From contig CAWDIE010000004.1 of NCBI GenBank assembly GCA_963802335.1, positions 407,446-471,445 on the forward strand: 64,000 nucleotides of DNA, given 5' to 3'. Below are positions 48,100-56,493 of the stretch, one piece after another. The notes beneath the pieces are model-generated. The model had not been told where the DNA came from and did not search any database. It saw only the letters and a list, made by a program, of their open reading frames with translations. How positions within the stretch are numbered: position 1 is the stretch's first letter; each line of letters begins with the position of its first letter. Position numbers and translations under genes: made by a program. Source of the stretch: an uncultured Planctomycetota bacterium (GTDB taxonomy: Bacteria; Planctomycetota; PLA2; JAEUHO01).

Positions 48100-48471
48100 A
48101 CGTCGGGCAACCGACCTGTGCCCTTCAAGAGGGTCTTCTCAAGACCCCCTTGCGGCCTCGCCTGCGCTGCGCTGCGGCGAGGCCTATCCCCCAATGAATG
48201 TCGTCGTGGCCTTGCCGGCGGAACGCGGCCCGAGGATGGGGACGCTCGGTGGAGTGGAGTGCCCGATCGGATTCGAACCGACGCGAGGTCCCCTTCGCTT
48301 CGCTACGGGGCTCACGCGCCGGAACCGACCCGTGCTTGCCAAGGGGGTCTTGTCAAGACCCCCTACGCGCCTCGTCTCGCGCTGCGGCTGCGACGAGGTG
48401 CTACCCCCAATGAATGTCGTCGCGGCCTTGCCAACGATGCGGGGCCCGAGAATGGAGACCGCGCGGTGGAG
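48100..48471 (-). repeat. remainder of the split unit (48100-48254) plus one complete unit (48255-48471)
   Basis: The architecture matches 38517-38942. The hairpin variants are gagggtcttctcaagaccccc and gggggtcttgtcaagaccccc. Confidence 0.7.
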
Positions 48472-48561
48472 TGGAGTGCCCGATCGGATTCGAACCGACG
48501 ACATTCAGCTTGGGAAGCTGTGGGCAAACTTGGTTCCCCGGAGGTTCCCCGTGGGTTCCCC
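48472..48561 (-). other. att-like junction: 49-nt tRNA-Gly 3' core plus three GGTTCCCC arm repeats
   Basis: Positions 48472-48520 are identical to 52405-52453. The repeats start at 48532, 48543 and 48554. Confidence 0.7.
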
Positions 48562-48781
48562 GATTCTGGATCGCGCCAGGCCGCGCTGATGAGCTCGGGC
48601 GGTACGGAACCTGCTACGGCTGCGTGGGTTACGCTCCCACCCACACGACCCCTCCATCCAGGGCCCTGGAGTAGCGGTGAACCAAGCCTTCGTGGAGCCT
48701 TGATGACAGCTGGCGGCGTCGTAGGTGCGGCATCGTGACCCGCGCCGAGGGCGCGGGCGGCCCTGCGGTAGACTGGCATCC

Positions 48782-49081
48782 ATGGCCACACAACGAGACC
48801 ACACGGCGCGGATCCTGCGCATGGCGATGCCTGAGCTGCAGCAGCGCTTCGGTGTGGTCTCCCTCCGCATCTTCGGCTCGGTGGCCCGCGATGAGGCGGG
48901 CCCGGACAGTGACGTGGACATCCTGGTGGAGTTTTCCGGCCCGGTCAGTCTCTTCGTCCTCGCCGACCTCCGAGACTTCCTGACGGAGGCCTTGGGCCGC
49001 CCCGTGGACGTCGGCACGGAGGCGTCTCTGCGCCCGCGGATCCGCGAGGCCGTCGTCGCCGAGGCAGTCCGTGTCGCCTAG
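48782..49081 (+). CDS. mntA: MNT-type nucleotidyltransferase antitoxin (type VII TA)
   Basis: LRIFGSVARDEAGPDSDVDILVEF shows the GSxxR..DxD minimal NTase motif. Confidence 0.85.
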   Translation: MATQRDHTARILRMAMPELQQRFGVVSLRIFGSVARDEAGPDSDVDILVEFSGPVSLFVLADLRDFLTEALGRPVDVGTEASLRPRIREAVVAEAVRVA

Positions 49082-49415
49082 GTTCTTGAAGGACCGACTC
49101 CGCGACATGCTCGAGGCCATTGAGGAGATCTTCGAGTTCACCTCAGGCATGGACGCAACCGCGCTCGCCGCCGACGCGAAGACCCTCAAGGCGGTGCTCG
49201 CGGATTTCGCCATCATTGGCGAAGCTGCCACGCACCTCCCGGAGGAGGTCACGAACCTCTACCCTGACGTGCCGTGGCGCGCGATGCGCGCCATGCGCAA
49301 CTTCGTCATCCACGCGTACTTCAGCGTCGAACCCGCCATCGTCTCGGAGACCATCCGAAACGACCTGCCGGACCTCGCCGCACGCCTCCGCACGATCCTC
49401 GATGAAGACGCCTGA
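49071..49415 (+). CDS. hepT: HepT/DUF86 HEPN-domain toxin
   Basis: It overlaps the MNT gene by 11 nt. RNFVIHAY is the Rx4HxY HEPN motif. Confidence 0.85.
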   Translation: MSPRFLKDRLRDMLEAIEEIFEFTSGMDATALAADAKTLKAVLADFAIIGEAATHLPEEVTNLYPDVPWRAMRAMRNFVIHAYFSVEPAIVSETIRNDLPDLAARLRTILDEDA

Positions 49416-49484
49416 ACGGCCCACGAACTTTGAGTGAGGCCCGAGCCGCACCGCCAAGGCATCGACATCGCACGCGGACGCCGT

Positions 49485-49527
49485 GTCGAGTAGTCGAACA
49501 CAATGTGCGGAAGGTCGTGACACGGAG
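49485..49527 (-). repeat. island-specific ~44-nt intergenic repeat (copy)
   Basis: gtcgagtagtcgaacacaatgtgcggaaggtcgtgacacggagc is the reverse orientation of the 30017 and 37147 copies. Confidence 0.6.
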
Positions 49528-49585
49528 CAGCGCGACAGGGAAGACCGGCCTTCTCATCCCATCCATACACGTACTCAGCTGACGC

Positions 49586-50014
49586 CTACCCCTGCTCGAT
49601 GGGCCTCGATGACGTGAGGTCGATGTGGTGATTCTGGCGATGAAGGACGCGCTTGGGTCGCCAGAACGGAACTAGTAGCAGACAGGTCCTACTGTCGGCC
49701 ACCCACCCCTCATCTGAACGTGACTCCAGTGTCCATGCGACCTCCGTCTTGCCACGCAGCGTGACAGCCAGGCGGCTATCCCCACTGAGGCCAAATGCGA
49801 AGTACTTCATCGCATCTTCAGCGGACTCGAACCGCTGGTGCCACCCATCGAACCTCACGACGTACTCTGCGGCAGCCTCCGACAACTCGACCGTGAATCC
49901 GTCTTGTGATGCAGGCTCAACCGTGATTCGGTGCACGTCGCTGCGCACGCGGACACTCGGAAAGCTCATCAGCCAGTCGCGGAGCCTGCTGATAGGTGAT
50001 GCACTCATTCCCAT
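49586..50014 (-). CDS. hypothetical protein
   Basis: The 142 aa have balanced composition (FESAEDAMKYFAFGLSGDSRLAVTLRGKTEVAWTLE). I recognise no domain. Confidence 0.45.
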   Translation of the reverse strand: MGMSASPISRLRDWLMSFPSVRVRSDVHRITVEPASQDGFTVELSEAAAEYVVRFDGWHQRFESAEDAMKYFAFGLSGDSRLAVTLRGKTEVAWTLESRSDEGWVADSRTCLLLVPFWRPKRVLHRQNHHIDLTSSRPIEQG

Positions 50015-50098
50015 TCCCCATCCGGGAGATCAAGGTGCCATGGGCGGTGGGCTCTCGAGGGCCGGCCACGCGTTGAGGTGTGCAGGCGCGTAGTGAGA

Positions 50099-50188
50099 TG
50101 GAGTGCCCGATCGGATTCGAACCGACGACATTCAGCTTGGGAAGCTGTGCGGCGATGTCGGTTCCCCGCTGGTTCCCGTGGGTTCCCC
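50099..50188 (-). other. att-like junction: 49-nt tRNA-Gly 3' core plus three GGTTCCC(C) arm repeats
   Basis: Positions 50099-50147 are identical to 52405-52453. The repeats start at 50160, 50171 and 50181. No 213-nt unit adjoins this copy. Confidence 0.7.
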
Positions 50189-50561
50189 GATATCAGGGCT
50201 CCAGGACTCGAGACCATCGCGCGCAGGGAGCGGAAGTCGCTGACGATTCATGAGTTGGGAGGCGCCCCCTGGGAGCGCTTAACCTGCTCGCGCAAGAGCG
50301 GGGAACCTGGGGGGACTGCCTGCCTGTGACCCCGGCCGACGCCTGCCCGTCGTGTCGAGAACTCCACGGAAACATGCCGAATGGCGTGGTTCACAGCATG
50401 GCCCGCATCCCGCGTGATCGTCGTCGTCGGGTAGAATGCCCCTGTGGATCGATCTCGCTACCCCACAGCCGTCATACGCCCCGGCCAACGTCGTCCGGAC
50501 GACCGTGTGAGAGGGCGCACGATCGCGGAGCTCTGGGAGATCGCCTGGAAGATCACCGAGG

Positions 50562-51044
50562 ATGCCTGGGCATTTCGAGGGGAGCCGGTCCGTGAACAGA
50601 GACTTCGCCGAGATGTTGTCCGCATTGTCCGAGGCTGGAACTGAGTACCTCGTCGTGGGCGGTTACGCCGTGATTGCACATGGGTACCCGCGAGCAACCG
50701 GTGACATCGACATCTGGGTTCGCCCAACGCCCGAGAATGCCGAGAGGGTCATGCTTGCCCTGAAGCGCTTCGGGGCCCCCCTGGCCGACCTGACCGAGCA
50801 GGACCTCGTCACGCCGGGGCTGATCTTCCAGATCGGCGTCGTGCCCAATCGCATCGACATTCTCACCGAGATCGACGGCGTGACCTTCGACGAGGCCTGG
50901 ACCTCCCGCATCACGGCCAACGTGGAGGGGCAGGAGATACCCGTACTGGGCAAGACCGCTCTTCTCCGCAACAAGAGGGCGACTGGACGCAAGAAGGACC
51001 TTCTCGACGCCAACTGGCTCGAGGAGCCTGACGAACCCGCCTGA
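50562..51044 (+). CDS. nucleotidyltransferase-fold protein (DUF6036/AbiEii-like), cassette 4
   Basis: TEYLVVGGYAVIAHGYPRATGDIDIWV shows the NTase pattern. It is the closest paralogue of 34807..35265. Confidence 0.65.
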   Translation: MPGHFEGSRSVNRDFAEMLSALSEAGTEYLVVGGYAVIAHGYPRATGDIDIWVRPTPENAERVMLALKRFGAPLADLTEQDLVTPGLIFQIGVVPNRIDILTEIDGVTFDEAWTSRITANVEGQEIPVLGKTALLRNKRATGRKKDLLDANWLEEPDEPA

Positions 51045-51080
51045 CGAGCGCCCCGGCTACTCTGCGATCCACGTATGGCC

Positions 51081-51176
51081 CCACGATCCTCGACCCAGCC
51101 TGGAAACGCCTGATTCACGAGGGCTCCCGCTTGGCACCGCTGTACCTCTACTATCCCCGGATGCATGAGGCCTTGA
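51081..51176 (+). repeat. intergenic repeat R3, copy C
   Basis: ccacgatcctcgaccc..ggaaacgcctgattca..ggatgcatgaggccttga aligns with 37279-37383. Confidence 0.5.
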
Positions 51177-51205
51177 GCTCGCGGCCACGGATGTGATGCC
51201 CAGTG

Positions 51206-52141
51206 CTACTCGCTTGAGGGCCCCGCCTCCATCTCTGGGAACATGCGCATGAAGTACTGCGCGAACGATGCGCAGCTTTCGTCTGCGTAATCTCGGTACT
51301 TGGCCGAGAACTCGGCGATTGAGCTAAGCAACTCCGCCTGCGCGGGGGCGGAGCGCTCAAGCTCCAACCGGTCATTCAGGACAAGAAACTCGTGCAGGCA
51401 CCTCGCGACCGGCAGCTTCTTGGCGCCGGAGGGGTCCGCAAGGTAGGCCTGCACGAACCGACTCTCAACACGTCCAGCGAGTCGCCTCCCCACCTCCGTT
51501 GGCCTCAAGCGTTCGATTTCCAATCGCCCGTACGCGCTCTTGAAGAAGGGCCTCAGGGTTCGGGTCCCCGGAGCACCCATGCTCAGTCTCGTTGTGCTGA
51601 GAAACAGGCTGCGTCGAAACGGGTCCTTCTTGAGATCGGGGTCGTCTGCCTGCTGTGAATAGCCGCGGATCATGTTCACCATGGCTTCGAAGGCAACATC
51701 CCTCTCCCCGAACTCCAGAAGCAGAACAGTCAGCCAGGTGGATAGATCATCCCTGTAGCTGATGTCGGAGATGGGTTCGGAGAGCGCAATCCGCAACGCG
51801 CGAATCGCCCTGCTCCACTCCCCGCCCTGACAGTAATCGTGAAGGTCCTCTAACCGTGGCTTCGGCGGAGATGCAATGGCAGTCTCAGGCGAGGGTGGGG
51901 CGCCCTTGGCTCCATTCTCGCTCACATGATTGAGGGGAGCCGGCCCAAGCCGGGCTGCCGGCGCTTGCTCCTGTTCGCCGCGCCCGGCGGCTTCAGAATC
52001 TGGGGCTGCAGCCAGCGGCCCCCGACCGGAGTCGCTCACGACCCACACGGACCAGCCACCAATCATCAGAATCACCACCAGCAGAACTAGCCGCGCCAGA
52101 GACTTCGATTGCCCCACCAAACGCACGATCAGTACTCCCAA
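51206..52141 (-). CDS. hypothetical membrane-anchored protein
   Basis: An N-terminal TM segment (LARLVLLVVILMIGGWSVWVV) is followed by a low-complexity linker and a helical C-terminal domain. Confidence 0.5.
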   Translation of the reverse strand: MGVLIVRLVGQSKSLARLVLLVVILMIGGWSVWVVSDSGRGPLAAAPDSEAAGRGEQEQAPAARLGPAPLNHVSENGAKGAPPSPETAIASPPKPRLEDLHDYCQGGEWSRAIRALRIALSEPISDISYRDDLSTWLTVLLLEFGERDVAFEAMVNMIRGYSQQADDPDLKKDPFRRSLFLSTTRLSMGAPGTRTLRPFFKSAYGRLEIERLRPTEVGRRLAGRVESRFVQAYLADPSGAKKLPVARCLHEFLVLNDRLELERSAPAQAELLSSIAEFSAKYRDYADESCASFAQYFMRMFPEMEAGPSSE

Positions 52142-52161
52142 CTCCTAGGCGCCATTGTCGC

Positions 52162-52404
52162 GCAGGTTGGGGCGAGACGCTGCAAGAGGAGTGGAGTGCC
52201 CGATCGGATTCGAACCGACGCGAGGTCCCCTTCGCTACGCTGCGGGGACTCACGTCGGAACCGACCTGTGCTCTCCAAGGGGGTCTTCTCAAGACCCCCT
52301 TGCGGCCTCGCCTGCGCTGCGCTACGGCGAAGCCTATCCCCCAATGAATGCCGTCGCGGCCTTGCCGGCGGTACGGGGCCCGAGGATGGGGACGCGCGGT
52401 GTAG
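52162..52404 (-). repeat. single 213-nt unit (plus 30-nt leader shared with 38486-38516) directly 3' of the tRNA gene
   Basis: The tRNA-like end string starts at 52192. The hairpin is gggggtcttctcaagaccccc. Confidence 0.75.
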
Positions 52405-52480
<76 letters not shown>

Positions 52481-52499
52481 ACGGGTCGGCAGGGGGAGG

Positions 52500-52528
52500 A
52501 AGGTAGACCTCGGCCGCTGCGGTGTCAA
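52500..52528 (-). promoter_or_regulatory. sigma-70-like promoter of tRNA-Gly
   Basis: On the minus strand: TTGACA (52523-52528), 17 nt, then TACCTT (52500-52505), 19 nt before the tRNA 5' end. Confidence 0.45.
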
Positions 52529-52845
52529 GGCGGGCCGGCGGGGGCGACACTCAGGAGGCTAGCCACTGCGTATCAGCCACTGCCCACGGTGCCGAGCAGT
52601 AACCCAGCGGGATGAGACTTGCGTGCAGAGGCACTGCAAGCCCGAAGGCCGAGGAACCCGCTCTCCCGATGTGGGCAGGTGGCAGCGGAGCATGGCCCGG
52701 CGGCACACCCGGCACGCTGCGCGCCAGGACGGCCACGCCCGGGAGCCGAAGGCCTTCGGGACGGCCACGCCGCCGGCCACCAAGCCCCCACCTCCGGGAT
52801 GGCGTACACTCCCTCGCTGCGCACAGAGATCTCGAAGGGAGCGAC

Positions 52846-53133
52846 ATGGCCAACGAGGGTTACCACGAGCCGATCGAGGAGCTGCGGGAAGAGACGCGAG
52901 ACATGCATCGCGCGATCGTCTCCCTCATGGAGGAGTTGGAGGCCGTCGATTGGTACAATCAGCGTGTCGACGCGTGCAAAGACCCCGAGCTGAAAGCGAT
53001 CCTCGCCCACAACCGGGACGAGGAGAAGGAGCACGCCGCGATGGTCCTCGAGTGGATCCGTCGGCGTGACTCTCGCTTCGACAAGGAACTGCGAGACTAC
53101 GTCTTTACGGACAAGCCGATCGCCCACGAGTAG
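52846..53133 (+). CDS. encapsulated-ferritin-like (EncFtn family) ferritin-like protein, no obvious targeting peptide
   Basis: ATG 52846 follows AAGGGAG. HEPIEELREETRDMHRAIVSLMEELEAVDWYNQRVDACKDPELKAILAHNRDEEKEHAAMVLEWIRR closely matches my recollection of the Rhodospirillum rubrum EncFtn core. Confidence 0.75.
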   Translation: MANEGYHEPIEELREETRDMHRAIVSLMEELEAVDWYNQRVDACKDPELKAILAHNRDEEKEHAAMVLEWIRRRDSRFDKELRDYVFTDKPIAHE

Positions 53134-53150
53134 GGCGAGAGCCCCCGCCG

Positions 53151-54083
53151 CTACTGGAAGCGCGTGCGGGGGTCCCCCATCTCGAATGCTCGCTTGTCCC
53201 AGCCTGCGAGCTCGGCGGCCGCGTCATAGGTGGTCTGCAGGAACTCGAGGAGCCGGGCGTCGGGATCGGGGGCGGTACGCACAGCTTCGTAGGGCAGGAT
53301 GAACTCGCCCATCGTGTCGAGGAACCGGGCCTCGCTAGGACCGACACTCGCTCGAGCAAAGCCGCCGGGGCTGGGGTAGGCATACGAGTAGAAGATCGCT
53401 TCCTCGTGCATGGGCCCGCCAGGCCAGAAGCCGGCGCTGCTCACCTCATGCGAGTAGGCCTCGCGGGCAACCCAGTCGGGCATGTTCGGGATGCCGGCCG
53501 GATGGCGCGGGGCTTCGCGCCCGGAGAACCGGGTCACCGCTAGATCGAAACTCCCCCAGAAGAAGTGCACGGGGCTGCACTTGCCGGTGAATCGCGCGCG
53601 GAAGGACTTGAAGACGCGGTCGGCCTGGAGGGTGGCCAGCCAGAAGTCGTGGGCAGCCGCTCCGTCGTAGGACGCATGCGTCGTGTCTTCGTCGAACGGG
53701 ATGGCGTCCGGGATCTCGTTCGGTGTCGTGTGGATGGCAACCGGCAGATCGAGGGCGCGAAGACTCGCCATGACTGCCTCGTAGAAGGCAGCCACCGTCA
53801 TGGGGACCAACGGGATCTTGCGAGTCTCCCCCTCTGCCGTCGTGATCCGCAGCACCTGGCTCGTGAAGTCGAAGGCCATCTCGAAGATGCGATCGTGGTG
53901 CGCAATCGGTGAGGTCGTGAGGCCGCGAGCAGTCGTGTAGAGCGGCACGTGCCACGCGTGATTCGTCCACGGGGTGTGGGTGAGGCGCACCTTGCCGACG
54001 ATCTGCGTCCAGAGGTGAAGCGTGGCGAGGGTGTCCTTCCACGCGTCGTAGCGGAGGGCGGGCCAAGCGGGGTGATTCGTCAT
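53151..54083 (-). CDS. DUF5996 family protein
   Basis: Start at ATG 54083 (MTNHPAWPALRYDAWKDTLATLHLWTQIVGKVRL), a family-typical N-terminus. The upstream part of ORF 53151..54518 is R/P-rich shadow sequence. Confidence 0.65.
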   Translation of the reverse strand: MTNHPAWPALRYDAWKDTLATLHLWTQIVGKVRLTHTPWTNHAWHVPLYTTARGLTTSPIAHHDRIFEMAFDFTSQVLRITTAEGETRKIPLVPMTVAAFYEAVMASLRALDLPVAIHTTPNEIPDAIPFDEDTTHASYDGAAAHDFWLATLQADRVFKSFRARFTGKCSPVHFFWGSFDLAVTRFSGREAPRHPAGIPNMPDWVAREAYSHEVSSAGFWPGGPMHEEAIFYSYAYPSPGGFARASVGPSEARFLDTMGEFILPYEAVRTAPDPDARLLEFLQTTYDAAAELAGWDKRAFEMGDPRTRFQ

Positions 54084-54205
54084 GGAGGGTCTCCTCGAAG
54101 AGGCGAGCGACCCTAGGCGGGCAGGGAGGGCAGGGGACCTCGGGTGCGCGGCCAGGGGCCCGCAGAATGGGGCTTTGGAGGGTGTCGGCCCCATAATGTA
54201 GTATT

Positions 54206-55450
54206 TTGTTCGTGCCCCAGCATCCCCACGACATCCGGCGAGCTCGCGGTGAGCGCGACGACGAGGCGATCGCTCGCCTCGCTTCGGGTCGGGATACGTG
54301 GTTGGACCGGGAGCTCGAGCTGGCTCGTCTCCTCGAGCGCATCGACCGGAAGGTGGCGTTCGTCCACGAAGGCGCGGCGTCCCTGCGCGAGCTCGCCGAG
54401 CGACGGGGATACGACCCCGACCGGAGCCAAGACTTGATGCTCGTGGGCTACGCCCTCGCTGGTGAGCCGGAGCTCGAGGCCAGGTTGCGGGACGGAACCG
54501 TCCGCTGGGCGGCGGCACGCGCCATCGGCCGGATACACCAGAACCCAGACTTCCTTTGGCCGGGCGACGACTGGCTCGAGAAGGCCTCCACGCTGAACCT
54601 GAAGGACCTGAGGCGTCACGTCCGTGAGCGCATCGAGTCCGTTCGACAAGAGGCCGACGCGCGGGTGTCCTTCACAGCATCCATCACGGAACAGGCGCGC
54701 GAGGAACTCGAACGTTGCCGCGCGGTCGCGCTCAAGAAGGCAAAGCAGCGCCTCACCAACGGTCAGTTGATACGCGCGCTCGCCACCACCTACCTGGACC
54801 TCTTCGATCCGCTCGCAAGAGAGCCTCGCAAGCGCCGCATGCCGGACACGGCAACGCGCCCCACATCGCGAGGCGTGCCGGCCGAGGTCGTGCGAGCCAT
54901 CCTCGCGCGGTCGGGCGGACTGTGCGAGGTCGGGACGTGCGAGCGCGTCGGCGAGGAGCTCTGCCACCTGACGCCGCACCGCGAGGGAAGCGGGCGCGAG
55001 GTGAGGGACCTCGTAAACAGCTGCCACCAGCATCACGCCCACTTGGACGCGGATCGTCTGCGCTTCGTCGGCTGGACCGACGACGGCGGTCCGACGTTCC
55101 TGGTCCCGAAAACGGGTGAGTTCCTTCCCCCGAAGCCTCCGGCCGAGACGCGCGAGGCGCCTCCCCGGCCTCGATGGCTGATCGAGGCGACGCGACGGCC
55201 CTCGCGTCAGGCTGCGCGTCAGGCGCCTCAGCCGCGTCAGCCGCCGCCTCCCGACGTGAGCGGCGGCTCCGGCGGCGCAGGGCGCGTGGGCGAGGCGCTG
55301 CTCCCCTACGGCATATCAGGCGCCCCGCCGCCCGGATGCGGGGCGGGGATCAGCCAGTCGGTTCGACGCCGTCCTGATGCACGAGCACCACGGGCAGGCG
55401 CTCCTTCTTCACGACCTCGGTCGCGACGGAACCCATCACCAACCGGCTGA
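54206..55450 (+). CDS. HNH endonuclease domain protein (DUF222-like architecture)
   Basis: A helical N-terminal region precedes a Cys/His cluster, GLCEVGTCERVGEELCHLTPHREGSGREVRDLVNSCHQHHAHLD. The last ~100 aa are low-complexity and overlap the USP gene, so the true end is uncertain. Confidence 0.5.
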   Translation: MFVPQHPHDIRRARGERDDEAIARLASGRDTWLDRELELARLLERIDRKVAFVHEGAASLRELAERRGYDPDRSQDLMLVGYALAGEPELEARLRDGTVRWAAARAIGRIHQNPDFLWPGDDWLEKASTLNLKDLRRHVRERIESVRQEADARVSFTASITEQAREELERCRAVALKKAKQRLTNGQLIRALATTYLDLFDPLAREPRKRRMPDTATRPTSRGVPAEVVRAILARSGGLCEVGTCERVGEELCHLTPHREGSGREVRDLVNSCHQHHAHLDADRLRFVGWTDDGGPTFLVPKTGEFLPPKPPAETREAPPRPRWLIEATRRPSRQAARQAPQPRQPPPPDVSGGSGGAGRVGEALLPYGISGAPPPGCGAGISQSVRRRPDARAPRAGAPSSRPRSRRNPSPTG

Positions 55451-55829
55451 GTCCGGTTCGGCCGTGGGTTCCGAGTACCACCACGTCGACCTTCAGCTCG
55501 CGCGCCAGGTCCTCGATCACGTTGGCAACACTGGTCCCGTGCTTCAGATGCACCTGGGTCCGGATGCCCTGGTCGAGAGCGTCGGTGGGCGGCAGCTTGT
55601 GCAAGCCGGCCATCGCCCGCTCCTCGCCCGACTCGATCTCCTGCGGCGTAGGCACGTAACCCTGGACGAACTGGTTGTAGAGCGGGTTCCCGAGGTACGG
55701 CGGCTCACATACGTGCAGCAGGTGCACGGTCGCACCGGGGCCGGCCAGGCGGTAAGCAACGGGGATCGCGAGGTTGCCGGTCGGGGACAGATCCGTCGGG
55801 CAGAGCACGGTGTGTAGCGGCACTTGCAT
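55350..55829 (-). CDS. universal stress protein (UspA family)
   Basis: VVLGTHGRTGLSRLVMGSVATEVV shows the ATP-binding G-2x-G-9x-GS motif. Confidence 0.85.
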   Translation of the reverse strand: MQVPLHTVLCPTDLSPTGNLAIPVAYRLAGPGATVHLLHVCEPPYLGNPLYNQFVQGYVPTPQEIESGEERAMAGLHKLPPTDALDQGIRTQVHLKHGTSVANVIEDLARELKVDVVVLGTHGRTGLSRLVMGSVATEVVKKERLPVVLVHQDGVEPTG

Positions 55830-55862
55830 GGCGGCCTCCTCTCGATGGAGGCGCGAGCGAGG

Positions 55863-56399
55863 TCAGGCGCCCAGCGCGTTCAGGATCTCCATCGTGCTGA
55901 TCAAGCCAACGTGGCGTCCGCCGTCCTGGACGAGCACCCGATGGATGCGGTGTTTGGCCATGGTGGCGGCGATGTCCTTGAGCCCGGCGTTGATCGGGAC
56001 GCTGTAGATCTCGCCGGTCATGACGTCTTCGGCGGTCTCCTCGGACTCCTCAGGCACTTCGAAGCTGTCGAAGTCCTCGTCCTGTGTCTCCTCGGAGGAC
56101 AGATGGTAGAAGCCGTGGCCGCGCCGGGGCCTGGCGTCCGGATCCTCGGCGTAGCGCTCGACCAGATCGCGAATCGACACGATGCCGACGATGTGCCCGG
56201 ACTCGTCGGTAACCGGTGCACCGCTGATGCGGTTGTCGCTCAGGATGCGCTCGACCTCGCTGAGCGGCGCAGCGTACGGCACCGTGATCACCTCGGCCCG
56301 CATGATGTCGCGCGCCGTGACCAGCCCCCACCGCTCGGCTGTGGCTTTGGGTGTCGGCCAGGGGGCGGCGGAAGGAGTGTCAGCAGACGGCTGGCTCAT
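55863..56399 (-). CDS. CBS-pair domain protein
   Basis: ATG 56399 follows GGAGA. There are two CBS motifs (ARDIMRAEVITV..HIVGIVSIRDLV and AEDVMTGEIYSV..HVGLISTMEIL) separated by an acidic linker. Confidence 0.7.
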   Translation of the reverse strand: MSQPSADTPSAAPWPTPKATAERWGLVTARDIMRAEVITVPYAAPLSEVERILSDNRISGAPVTDESGHIVGIVSIRDLVERYAEDPDARPRRGHGFYHLSSEETQDEDFDSFEVPEESEETAEDVMTGEIYSVPINAGLKDIAATMAKHRIHRVLVQDGGRHVGLISTMEILNALGA

Positions 56400-56493
56400 C
56401 GGGGCGGTCTCCAATCGAACTGAGCACATTATCCCCGGATCGAAGCCGGGCGCCAATGGAACCGGTCGCTCCGGGCGGCTCACCGGGCGTGTT

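Noticed and set aside
50444-50644. Small ORF upstream of NTase cassette 4 as an intact partner gene
   Set aside because: Its last ~27 codons overlap the NTase start in another frame. Its N-terminal part has no similarity to the partners of cassettes 1 and 2. Three frames each give partial sense, so no call was made.
34588-51176. Chromosomal integron (cassette array with attC sites)
   Set aside because: There is no IntI-type integrase. I see no attI, and no RYYYAAC/GTTRRRY core sites at the repeat ends. The cassette-like organisation is reported as a finding, but not as an integron.
52162-52404. The unit as a tmRNA (ssrA) or a second, long-variable-arm tRNA
   Set aside because: No 5' strand able to pair with CGGGCAC is present. 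There is no tag-peptide reading frame or resume codon context, and ~150 nt is too short for a tmRNA.
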